Source: a virus (Duplodnaviria; Caudoviricetes). Taken from it: a DNA stretch of 35,553 bases. Location: IMG/VR virus record IMGVR_UViG_3300042465_007798, positions 1 through 35,553 of that record; one strand, 5' to 3'. Below are positions 26,901-33,202 of this stretch, piece after piece; within the stretch, counting starts at the first letter, position 1; each line of letters starts with the position of its first letter. The notes below the pieces were generated by a model. That model was not told the DNA's origin, did not search any database, and worked only from the letters and a program-made list of their open reading frames with translations. A program made the position numbers and the translations under genes.

Positions 26901-29272
26901 GTGGTGCTGGGATATACTGCTCGGTCACCAAAGCTGTCTCCGTTGGTGTCATAAACATCAAATAATGGTGCTTGATTAACCCTGGTTTTCTGTTGCGCAC
27001 TTTGCCAGGCCATTCCGTCAAACCAATAACTTAGACCTTTCTGAGTTGTACCATTGGTACTAACCACAGTTTGGTTCATTAAGGCCAGGCCGCCAGGCAA
27101 TGGCACTAGGTCAATGATTGGGGTGCCAGTGTTGTTGGGATCAATAAACCTTACTTCATAAATGCGATTTCTAACTTGCTGGTCAGAGTCGGCAGCAAAT
27201 ATTGCCAAGGTACCTTCAACAAACGAATAGCCATCAATACCGTATCCACTTGTTCCATTGATGTTACTAAGTGCATCGGTTTCATTGAAGTCAATGATGT
27301 TTACTGGGCGCTTACCTTGTGTTCCAAAATTGTATAAACTTGTATCAGCTCGAAATTCAATAATAGGGCGTTTAGCTCGTTGGTTGTTATCAACCGTTGG
27401 AGTAATATTATTCAGTTCAGCACTGTAATTAATTACATCAATATGGAACCAACGATTACTACGGGCCCAAGCGTTTCTATCCATGCTGGCTCGATTAATT
27501 GTCAAATAATCAGGAATCAACGGAGCATTGGGGCTTGCATCGAGTGTCTTGATATACACTTCTGGGGTAATTAATTCGGTTACTGGTATTAGTTTAATAC
27601 CATTCCCAAGAGCCGCGCCTGGGACAGATGTGCCTGGCATCGGAGCACCTTCTGGACCCCCGGCTCCAATATTGAGCAAGCTTTCGGCAACAGTGTCATA
27701 GATATACTGTTGAAATTCGCCAGTGTGGCTGCCGCCAGTCATTTTTTGGCCTTGATAAAGATGCGATAGCCCAAAATAGGCCTCACCATCAACAAACCCA
27801 ACACGCAATTCTCGACCAGGCCCTGTTCCTACACCTTCAACATAGAATTCAATATTTTGAAATTGTGCTGGATTAGTTAATCCACGAAATTTAACTTTAA
27901 GTCCATTTGTAAATTTTACACCGTTGGGGCTGATATAATTTTTTGCACCAATGATTTCATCAAAGTCAACTGGTTGTGTGACTTCGGCATCGACTAGACG
28001 AATCTCTCCAAAAATTTCTGGATTGGTGCTGTCTTGATAATACAATGTATCCAGTGTTGCAGTAAGCAAAGGCACTTGCTGGTAATAGCCAGACGCATTT
28101 TTATACCATTGTGTGCTACTGTTGGTCTGCCCGTATCTAATATCAAATCTTGACAGGTTTGGTACTTGCGTTACCGAGCTAAGTGTGATAAACGGTTGCC
28201 CATCATTGTCATACACATAACTTATACGCCATACACTGTATCTTTGCGTGATTACGTTTATATCTGTGGTCTGATCGAATAACACACTGTCAAATGTGCC
28301 AATAGCGCCCGGTTGTGCATCACTGGGCAACGGATCATATTGTGTGGTAATTTGCCAGCCACCTTCTTCGGCACCTTGAATAGTGTTAGTAAAAATCAAA
28401 CTAAGCCCATCAAGCTGTGTGATTCCGTCAATTCCATCAGGAAATTGTTGTAAAAATGCAGACACATAGATATTGTTGATTTGATTAAATTCTAAATTGC
28501 AGACTAAATCAACTGGGCCAATTTGATTTAGGGTGTAATAAAAATCTTGCCCTGTTTTTAAAGGTACATAGAATTCTACAACCCCTTGATCTTCTCCGTT
28601 GTTGACTACGCCAAAAACATCACGACTGCTGATGTTTGGTGCATACGGCAATCGGCCTGCCACTCCGGGTGCAGCCTGTATCCAAAAATTGTGACCTGGT
28701 TGGTTAACTACAAAATTGTAATTTCCACCTCTTGCCAACGTAATAATTGGATTGGTGCCAGGTAAGCCACTAAATTCATAAGTTAGCGTATTACGAGTAA
28801 CTGCAAAATCATCAGTGAGTGGTATTTCAGTTGTGCTAACGTCCACTGACAGTGGGCCGTTGGGTAACCAATAGTATTGACTGTAGTTAGAAAATTTATC
28901 AAAGTCGCAGAACGGGTCCCACGAATAATATTGGCTCTGCCATAGACGATCTTGTCGACTAACATCGGCATCTTGTAATTTTAAAACATCTATCATTCCT
29001 GGGTAGGTGATAGCATCGTCGGCGGTGTTGGTTCCATTTTTTAAAAACGTTACGCCTGGCTCTAATTGATAGTCAGATCTAGTTTTAGTAGGTTCAGTGA
29101 TGTAGTTGTTGGCGAGGTTAACTCCTGGACCAACTTTGCGTCCAACATATCCCTGTGAACGTTTAAAATTTGGTTCTTGTGTTAACTGGTCTAAAGTGGC
29201 TGCAAGAAATTTTTTATTTGTAGTTGTTTGAAAAATTTCTGGAAGTAAATTTACTGTCTTATTTGATGCCAT
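14906..29272 (-). CDS. Giant (4788 aa) multidomain virion protein, probable baseplate wedge/receptor-binding hub
   Basis: Uninterrupted 14.4-kb ORF directly after the gp6-like gene. Contains FG-GAP-like repeats, CBM5/12-like motifs, repeated beta-sandwich modules (GDGxTTxF...VxVNG...YT) and a VVNGGSGYTSPP repeat of the type seen in T4-like phage structural proteins. Confidence 0.8.
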   Translation of the reverse strand: MASNKTVNLLPEIFQTTTNKKFLAATLDQLTQEPNFKRSQGYVGRKVGPGVNLANNYITEPTKTRSDYQLEPGVTFLKNGTNTADDAITYPGMIDVLKLQDADVSRQDRLWQSQYYSWDPFCDFDKFSNYSQYYWLPNGPLSVDVSTTEIPLTDDFAVTRNTLTYEFSGLPGTNPIITLARGGNYNFVVNQPGHNFWIQAAPGVAGRLPYAPNISSRDVFGVVNNGEDQGVVEFYVPLKTGQDFYYTLNQIGPVDLVCNLEFNQINNIYVSAFLQQFPDGIDGITQLDGLSLIFTNTIQGAEEGGWQITTQYDPLPSDAQPGAIGTFDSVLFDQTTDINVITQRYSVWRISYVYDNDGQPFITLSSVTQVPNLSRFDIRYGQTNSSTQWYKNASGYYQQVPLLTATLDTLYYQDSTNPEIFGEIRLVDAEVTQPVDFDEIIGAKNYISPNGVKFTNGLKVKFRGLTNPAQFQNIEFYVEGVGTGPGRELRVGFVDGEAYFGLSHLYQGQKMTGGSHTGEFQQYIYDTVAESLLNIGAGGPEGAPMPGTSVPGAALGNGIKLIPVTELITPEVYIKTLDASPNAPLIPDYLTINRASMDRNAWARSNRWFHIDVINYSAELNNITPTVDNNQRAKRPIIEFRADTSLYNFGTQGKRPVNIIDFNETDALSNINGTSGYGIDGYSFVEGTLAIFAADSDQQVRNRIYEVRFIDPNNTGTPIIDLVPLPGGLALMNQTVVSTNGTTQKGLSYWFDGMAWQSAQQKTRVNQAPLFDVYDTNGDSFGDRAVYPSTTFVGSKLFGYAEGETAVQDDVLGLSLKYFSINNVGDIVFSNYFYNDTFIYVKNNVSTTTAISTGFARQYIDRVSFSSELGWQPAAATSRSRQIFRFVNDGSPLVLDVPVDQLTIFSPIQIFIDGIYLDPLRYTYTVSSTNTTITLSSLVALNSVIEIQALSNVASQIGFYQIPLNLENNAINGNSTEFTLGTIRTHYETIGQNLRNIVGPITGANNTRDLGELVPYGTQIIQNSAPLVLPGVFLRRQQFELFNSLEFNSQEYNKYKALLIDYASNGDFVNLTPTQVLDASIQEITLSRSSIFPFYWSDMLPAGETYTELTYTYSLISTNTFTTNQVYDFTQSNFKAILVYVNGNILTKGYEYTVPADSASIIITIPLVVGDVITIREYATTYGSYVPNTPTKMGLYPAYEPKIFYEETSSQPTLVIQGHDGSITVAFGDFRDNVLLEFETRIFNNLKINTTVPLLADDVTPGQFRTTDYTLEEINSILLPDFLSWIGSNKLDYTSQNYSQSNPFTYNYSQSSNRLDQQPLLGAWRGNYLYFYDTTTPNTTPWEMLGFTQQPSWWASRYGPAPYTSGNLVLWGDLERGYIADPVNPRVDPRYVRPGLLNVIPVGTEGELLSPLSAVVGNYDTTTFRRSWTFGDDGPVENTWRSSSAWPFAVMRLLALTRPAKFFGLFADRDRYVYDEGIGQYLWEGRYRLQASNLAPLYGNGVSRASYINWIIDYNQQLGVNGSNDLTTLLSNLDIRLCWRLASFSDKRYLKLYTERSTPTGSNAGLLLPDESYGLLLYKNPPVQQVSYSSVIVQVTDTGWAVQGYNGLENYFEILASRVNGKTQTLSAGGSTEQVPVEYTNTIVRVPYGFVFTNRSAVCDFLLSYGKLLTDRGFVFDRTENGYIMDWVQMAQEFLYWSNQGWAENSIINLNPGANSISITTPGLVAESLQPVKLSNVVLNQNRQGISPNNLVIDRLENTFTVNSLTSDTINFLNLRFTAYEHLIVLDNRSIFADLIYDPITGGRQSRILIAGWLSGDWNGTVNAPGFILNQAGINEWVPNQKYTKGEIVKFKDQYWSAATIIQPTATFDFSAWIKSDYSEIMQGLLPNAANDSNQLAQSYSVYDANLETEVDLFSYGLIGFRPREYMAALNLDDVSQVQLYQQFLGSKGTRPSLEIFTFADLGKETAQYNLYEYWAMLRSVYGANANNSFFEVLLNEAKLPSDPSLIQVIQPGTESAADQTVFVNDIWKSSYKITSPNILPTTTASPTDVGFPSAGYVNLNDVDITLFDLTNPSDANNSLDKIGVGTTLWVARVNAYDWEVYRASGVSSTIVQVEDNLDGASIVTFAEDHGLLAGEILIIKNFDAEINGFYRVKSVPTLNTLIIDYAFVGERTFVNGIGLGLTLQSSRVAQPSDIIGLPYANQLLPGIKVWVDNNGNDRWTVLEKIDPFYQAATIVPITQEIHSEFGYALAQGFENLSAMVGAPGYNPSELATDPGAIYTYVLTDQNVYEQNAIIELNATGAARYGSAVDIGNQQWGIVGASASDNYLGYATPIYVAPGSPVFEQRQLLLPPDQDFNVAEFGHAVTISKNERWMYITAPAHNKVYAYTRVDVQRQTVEYITDGVTTTYLWINDIVVDYALPEQLVLALDNNLLQYGIDYTVDSTSITLTDIPEAGKVLIISRRSIVQLDQQTYYNVEQDSTTGIGSNAQFTVNRVRGEYYVQLTSPGEDYQALDTLTINAATIGGGSSPANDLVITVQSIGVGGAIIESSPLGWTQSGSGVSNTYEFALNQYLYTATDIYSFTVKVDDQLYRPHLDYDFNSDSSIIDPHILVFNTVPPAGATILVDSNTYFSYVNTLTVPGLDIELRFGESVACTTTGNQIMIGSPNTRPKDEYGEVYVFDRNIERFIVIDDTQTNFYPVNSLEDPGFVAVTVNGEFLVNTAMNIGGTFTVDTSDLSNQFVTITAPLAVGDVVQIETNQFVQLQAITSANQTDAAEFGAKVDQCANDCSLYISSPGDSAILPEAGKVEVYRNQARLYGTIESTIANPALTAGDYIRIDNMFVAVPAAPNNTVSGLVNAINTTPYLTVTQYYIGDRVSYNGLCYIATSATLGNDPTNTVYWTQSEFIPNVGAVLTADLILEGDGTTTVFDVGTIYSAASSYTTKVYVNNVLQTYGVNYTYDNNTKQITFAAGSVPFNTAEILIVSGRMIVTVKNINSAQPVNKLSVLPGQGTVFFDLGVNVYAWQQEITSPDPQSYAHFGLGLFVSDDALTLMVGAPNGSTIAPTIFDNNTTIFDVKTTQFADPIIQSGAVYSYDVLSAVNPSVDNPPLLVFGQQFINSDVQTLDQFGAAIDYTTGVFLIGAPGSDIGDSSQADFGKVVQYYNDSHGPAWAPTRIQEPTVDIALLNTVFVYDLVTGTPNQYLDYFNPLQGRLLGAVRQNLNYIGAVDPAAYNAGAINNYGMRWGQPQVGQLWWDTSFARFIDPNQDDIVYASRRWGQLFPGSSVDVYQWISSTELPINYTGEGTVYSADSYVEVTMLNESGFLNTEYFFWVKGIRTIATNAGKTLSATTLSQYIESPRSSGISYIAPINANTVAIYNSLPYISAQDTVLHIQFDKQATTAAVHAEYQLIAQDRPESFLDPALYRKLLDSLTGADLFGRAVPDPLLSPSQRYGVDYRPRQSMVANRFLALQNYITRANSVLAEYPISETRKFTLLNSRESIPPALEIVDGNTVTNWNLQVANYEELSYQNLNAVAIGYKYLVTSDSTNNGLWTIYQTVTGRLPGSVFLELIRVQNYDTRNYWSYIDWYRPGYNPLTRILIKVPNRSALDTITVPNGSSVEVLANAQGKKEIYLRDNGNWVRVGLQDGTIELSNALWDYTLGRFGFDTEVFDAQYFDEAPVTETRKILEAINEELLIDELLIERNRLLVLMFNYILSEQRSTSWLTKTSLIDVDHVIRELVPYPIYRRDNQDFVLNYINEVKPYHVQIREFNLKYQGLDSYPGSIVDFDLPAYWDPLQQLFISPVLDNTGTLSTTSSVPSTSSTWQTFPWNQWYQNYLLSIQSVTVVNGGSGYTSPPVVTVTGDCVQQAVMVAQINSTGRVTSINVIDPGLGYSTTATITLSEGNGSGATAVAVMGNQQVRNILTTMRYDRYQYTSNVLEWQANVDYATGTLVRYDNRVWSAVATVNSASFDPEQWTLIAASALSGVDRTMGYYVPRVNEPGLDLALLISGVDYPGVQVAAPDFNRDTGYDVGNFDIDPFDNISYGPDGIPTYDPAILDAIYQSNFTDPYLGILPAPAYDGNPPTTGPANAVTVDGGAFVDTYESHAPEELVPGIVYDTLDMRVYTTPGADWRGLGHGSPEASVSYFYDSTNTTYSFANLLPFPMVVLAYNVTQGLVITPTSYDWANYQLEVGTGASNGDVITLEVFATGGGNQLCSKTYLGSDIIDSSVVIPFPADMIDSFAIYNGQTYIADTEYTLTAIDNSSSLLTFDSIYTSSDRITLTVLGYAPTGTTHSWSLPVTQTWIANGGLSVTLTNSLQGTNPINLIVTRNGVRARPSESARYIGDNAQTVYNLPSNGGYSQGIVANNDVSVYVNDTALILGTGFIVDAWDGSTLRTVTLTTAPAAGSVVLVAVRTAAQYWVNGNILEFQPAAGLIPQLGDIIDITTWNDTSEQGLLTQVFVGPNTQGEIISQGYDETVYDDATLNNTLGSFDFSTGIQIVTNIFDTGRNIDNPERLTVTLNGRFLFSGRGFTTSGTTVIVSGPAINASDVVVITSTTQNVVPEAVEFRIFQDMRGIQSTYRMTAATTTLLSQALLATDDVIHVVNASALAEPYLEQGLFGLITINGERISYRTRDTANNTLSGLRRGTAGTAAANHLADTAVYDIGIGNYLDQAYQNQYVESNYLGDGNTTTFVADFSLQDLTLFDSTDLTLAVQVFVGGTLQLTGYTDDVDDSSESVTVTFETAPDQGYQVTIRVRQGLGWYGPGSTTAYDGVGLQYTDTRAAQFLCDK

Positions 29273-29274
29273 TC

Positions 29275-32200
29275 TTAACTGCTCCCGCCGGTTTGTCCAA
29301 TTGTACTGCCTGGCGCACCCACTGTGGTCACTGGATAAAGCCCGGCCACACTGGTTTGACTACGTATATTACTCTGTGTCAATGCGCTTATTACTTCAAT
29401 GTCTGCCACAGTGGCAGCACTGACAAATATCTCGTTTGGTGCACTTCTAATCTCATACAGGTCGCCAAATGTTTTTAATGGGTTAAGTGGTACAATCACC
29501 ACTGAGCTAATAATTGAACCCAATTGTTTGTGTAGATATGCACTCAGCTCTGAGAAGTAGAATGTATCGCCAAAGTCCCACTTGTCAATACTAAAGTAAC
29601 TATTGATATTAGAAATAACTTGACTCTTGATTTCGCTGTCGCTGGCAGTTGTGTTAAGGGCTTTGACAACTTTAATAGTGGCCCGCAACTGTGTGGGTGC
29701 CTTGGCGCCAAATAATGGTTTGAACATTACTGAGTTTAGCACTAAATTATCACTGACCATTTTATAATTATTGAGACTTGAATAGTCTTGCGACAATTCA
29801 TTGATGGTAGGTGCACTAGGCTCTGGCACGGTGCCAGTGGTATCTTTAATGTAGTTTTGATAAGCAGTGTAATATGCTTGTGGCACAAGATACATGTCAA
29901 TGATATTTGAAGTTCCGGGATCAATGACATTGGTCAGTGAACTATTGTGTCGGTATTGGAATGACAATGAGTTGCGGCCCACTTGCGCAAGAAAATCTGT
30001 GCGAGGAATTATTGTTCTTTGAAAGATACCATTGACCAAAGTGACTTGCAATTGGTAGAACAATTTACTTTGGTATGCATAAAATATTTGTCCGTTGATG
30101 TACTCGCTTTTAACTAATTCAATTGCATCCAATGTTGTCAACGAACTATTGACTATTCCTGGTTCAACTGGCAAATATCTTTCAAGATCATCAAAGTCTG
30201 TGGTCAGCTGGAAGAACGTCAGCTTGGAAGAAGCGTTGACTTTTGGGGCCACCAGATCATCAAAAAAGTCTGGGTTGTCTGCAACACCATCAGCGTCACT
30301 GTCTCGGTAACTCACAACAACTTCATAGTCGTTTACAAATCCATCGCTTTCAATTGGCTGGCCAATTATATCCATGGTAACGTCAGTGGGTAATGGCTCA
30401 TTAGAATCTGGTCTTGAATTGGTTTTTAACACTCTTATAAAGTCCTTGATTACTAATCCAGTCTTGCTGTCATAGACTTCACTGCTGGTGCTGAAGAAGA
30501 ATCTTGTTTGTATAACACTGGCAAATTTATATTGCAATGATCTAGAACTAACCACATAGTTAGATCCATCAGTTAAAAACTGCACTAGCCAGGACGCATC
30601 TAAATTTTGTCCAGAAGTATCTTGTGCGTAGGTTCTGCTAAAAGGTGCCGGATGTCCAGCATATTCAGCATTGAGATTTGTACTAGTTATAAGATACCAG
30701 CTAGCAGTTAAATTGTTGTAGCCAAGACCAAAATTTCGATAAAGCTCAATTTGTTGAATCATGCTTTGTTTAATTTCTAAAGGCAACACATTGATAAACT
30801 TTGGAATCACTAGTTGTGCCAAAGCGCCAGATGGCACAAAATTGTTCAATGCAACTGGCCCTATCCCATCTGGCAAGTTGCCAAGTCCCTGTGCAGTACC
30901 ATCAAGCACCACTGCCTCAACTGTGGCCCATATTACCATTTTTTCATCAGCGCGAACTGGTATTCCGGTCTGCAGTCTATTATTTGCATCAAAGAATTTA
31001 CCAGCAGGCGGTACAAATTTTACCAAGCTACCTTGTGTAATATATTGAGCATTATTATTAGTGTAAGCACCAATTGGCAACGGATTGCTGGCTGTGCCGC
31101 TGTAAAAATATCCTGTGGTTTGATTATTAATTGTTGTGGTTTGATTCCATCCAGCACTCAACACGGTCAATGGAGGTCTTGGAAAGTTAGCATAGTAAAA
31201 TTGCAACATACCTCGGCTGGATGCAAGTGGTTCCACTGAGTTGGTAATGGTATCAACAATCTCGTTACGATTTACCCAATTAAAATTAAAAGTAGGCAAA
31301 ACATTTTCTTCGTAAATTACTCCGTCACTGGAAAATATATTGGTACTAGAATATTTTCCAGTGGGATCTGTTAGGTCAATATACCTAGATGTACCGGTGC
31401 TAGCACGATCAACTGCTTTACTCTTGATAATTGAGTTGTATTTGGTGAATGGGAAGTTGTTGTAGTCTTCGCCATTGACCATACGATTTTGTGTGTAGTA
31501 ACGTGCAGGAGCACGTTGCTTGATCTCTGTGATGTTTTCTCTAGACTGTGCGTTAGTCACCGGTTGTGTGATACCACAAGTAAGAGTCAATGTTTCCAGT
31601 CTGCCCGAACGACTAATGTAGCTGATTGGCACTGAAATGTTTTGCATTTCTTCAGGATTAATGATGTACTGCAATCCGTTGCTGGATCTAACATAGGTAC
31701 GGAAAGTGCCCACAGGAACACTGGAAAACACACCATCACCAAATGTCAGTGTAATCTGATCATTAGCTCGGCTGGTGATAGAATATAATGTACGTTGGTC
31801 TGGCGCAAGTTGTTCGACTGCACCGGCAAAAATATTTTCAACATAAATCCACTCGCTCGAAATACTACCAACATCATCAAGTTTGTAAAGCCAATGATCT
31901 TCTTGGTTACAACCTTCAATGTTAATGTTTACTGTGCGGTTAGGAATTGCTTCAGACAAGTTGAAGTCTTGATTTTGCAATACGCCTTGTTTGAACAAGA
32001 AAAAGAATCCAGTGTTTGCACTGCCAAATCCCTGTGCGTCATTGCGATACAATACGTTGAATGCACCATTGGGTTTTGGTGCTGGCTCGTAGACATATTC
32101 TTTCCCAATTGTGGTTGCACTCACAACTTCAAACGGCATGTTTACACCATCCACCACAGATGTGTAGGGAATAATTGGCAAATAACCAGGGATAAGATTA

Positions 32201-32766
32201 ATTGTGTACTCGCTGGTCTCAATGCCTAGTATATCCTGACGGTTACCTGGACGACCAAATTTTTGACTGTCAATAAATGCGGCATTCATGATTGATGTAA
32301 ACTGCTCTAACCAACTTGAGTTAGTGGCGTCATTCCAATCAATTGTGATATTGGCTAGGTTAATACCATTAAAGTCTGTAATATTTTCAGTGGTGCTAGC
32401 CGAAACAACCTTCAAGTAACCCTGCGCTTCAGTGTTTCTTTTAGGTGTGTAGCTGACCAAGTTTGCCAAACGCACCACGCTGTCACGGCGTTCGGCTGTG
32501 TCTAAAAAGTTCTCACGTGTGTTTAAGTCGTTTCTAAATGCCAGGGCTTGTCCCATAAAAGCCATGACGTCCAGCAGTGCAATAAATTCACTGCTTTCAA
32601 TATAATCGTTAAAAGTTTCTGGGTAATAAAGTCGGAGATAATCAACAAAACTCTTTCGCAGGGTTTCAAAATCATAACTTTGAAAGTCAGCTTCACGATA
32701 GGTTTGATAAAGCCTCTTCCAATCTTCTACACCAAATATTGCGGTTTGTCTTGTTGTTTTAGCCAT
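29275..32766 (-). CDS. Baseplate wedge protein, T4 gp6-like (extended)
   Basis: DFETLRKSFVDYLR...FNDY...LLDVMAF...ENFLDTAERRDSVVRLANLVSYTP, FGDGVF, ENITEIKQRAPARYYTQNRMVNGEDY and FGDTFYFSEL are gp6/baseplate-J-type motifs. Follows gp25. Confidence 0.88.
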   Translation of the reverse strand: MAKTTRQTAIFGVEDWKRLYQTYREADFQSYDFETLRKSFVDYLRLYYPETFNDYIESSEFIALLDVMAFMGQALAFRNDLNTRENFLDTAERRDSVVRLANLVSYTPKRNTEAQGYLKVVSASTTENITDFNGINLANITIDWNDATNSSWLEQFTSIMNAAFIDSQKFGRPGNRQDILGIETSEYTINLIPGYLPIIPYTSVVDGVNMPFEVVSATTIGKEYVYEPAPKPNGAFNVLYRNDAQGFGSANTGFFFLFKQGVLQNQDFNLSEAIPNRTVNINIEGCNQEDHWLYKLDDVGSISSEWIYVENIFAGAVEQLAPDQRTLYSITSRANDQITLTFGDGVFSSVPVGTFRTYVRSSNGLQYIINPEEMQNISVPISYISRSGRLETLTLTCGITQPVTNAQSRENITEIKQRAPARYYTQNRMVNGEDYNNFPFTKYNSIIKSKAVDRASTGTSRYIDLTDPTGKYSSTNIFSSDGVIYEENVLPTFNFNWVNRNEIVDTITNSVEPLASSRGMLQFYYANFPRPPLTVLSAGWNQTTTINNQTTGYFYSGTASNPLPIGAYTNNNAQYITQGSLVKFVPPAGKFFDANNRLQTGIPVRADEKMVIWATVEAVVLDGTAQGLGNLPDGIGPVALNNFVPSGALAQLVIPKFINVLPLEIKQSMIQQIELYRNFGLGYNNLTASWYLITSTNLNAEYAGHPAPFSRTYAQDTSGQNLDASWLVQFLTDGSNYVVSSRSLQYKFASVIQTRFFFSTSSEVYDSKTGLVIKDFIRVLKTNSRPDSNEPLPTDVTMDIIGQPIESDGFVNDYEVVVSYRDSDADGVADNPDFFDDLVAPKVNASSKLTFFQLTTDFDDLERYLPVEPGIVNSSLTTLDAIELVKSEYINGQIFYAYQSKLFYQLQVTLVNGIFQRTIIPRTDFLAQVGRNSLSFQYRHNSSLTNVIDPGTSNIIDMYLVPQAYYTAYQNYIKDTTGTVPEPSAPTINELSQDYSSLNNYKMVSDNLVLNSVMFKPLFGAKAPTQLRATIKVVKALNTTASDSEIKSQVISNINSYFSIDKWDFGDTFYFSELSAYLHKQLGSIISSVVIVPLNPLKTFGDLYEIRSAPNEIFVSAATVADIEVISALTQSNIRSQTSVAGLYPVTTVGAPGSTIGQTGGSS

Positions 32767-32785
32767 AGTTTCTCACTGTACATTG

Positions 32786-32793
32786 TATTTATA
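32786..32793 (-). promoter_or_regulatory. T4-type late promoter TATAAATA
   Basis: Exact consensus in the intergenic gap, 19 nt upstream of the gp6-like ATG. Confidence 0.75.
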
Positions 32794-32814
32794 ACCCCAA
32801 TTATCTACATAGTT

Positions 32815-33189
32815 TTAGATGAAGCTGGCACGGCGAGATTCTTGATCAAAGAAAATGGCCAGTCGCTCGGCTGTAGAACTTGGTACAATTTGAACCTGTA
32901 GCTCTATTAACATACCGTTTTGTTGTGGGTATACATTAGCGTCTGAAATATAAATTCTAGGATCTCCGCCAGCTACACGCTGAAGCTCTGCTAGTATTTT
33001 TGTCACTGTCTCTGGAGTTTGATTCTCAAATATGAAACTCCAGATAACAGTGCCGTACCCTGGACGGCCGACTAGTTCACCTTGTTGGATATTGAGGGCG
33101 TTTGATAAATCACGTTTGACTAGAGCAAAGTCAGTCAACGTGAATTTTTTATTTTGATTAATAGTGTTGAAACCAATAAATGCAGGCAT
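32815..33189 (-). CDS. Baseplate wedge protein, gp25/GPW-like
   Basis: 124 aa, with LVKRDLSNALNIQQGELVGRPGYGTVIWSFIFE...DPRI matching the gp25 family pattern (GE...P.yG...lFE...dPRi). Confidence 0.88.
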   Translation of the reverse strand: MPAFIGFNTINQNKKFTLTDFALVKRDLSNALNIQQGELVGRPGYGTVIWSFIFENQTPETVTKILAELQRVAGGDPRIYISDANVYPQQNGMLIELQVQIVPSSTAERLAIFFDQESRRASFI

Positions 33190-33194
33190 AGTGA

Positions 33195-33202
33195 TATTTA
33201 TG
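33195..33202 (-). promoter_or_regulatory. T4-late-like promoter motif (CATAAATA) overlapping the gp5-like stop codon
   Basis: Ends 5 nt before the gp25-like ATG at 33189. Confidence 0.55.
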
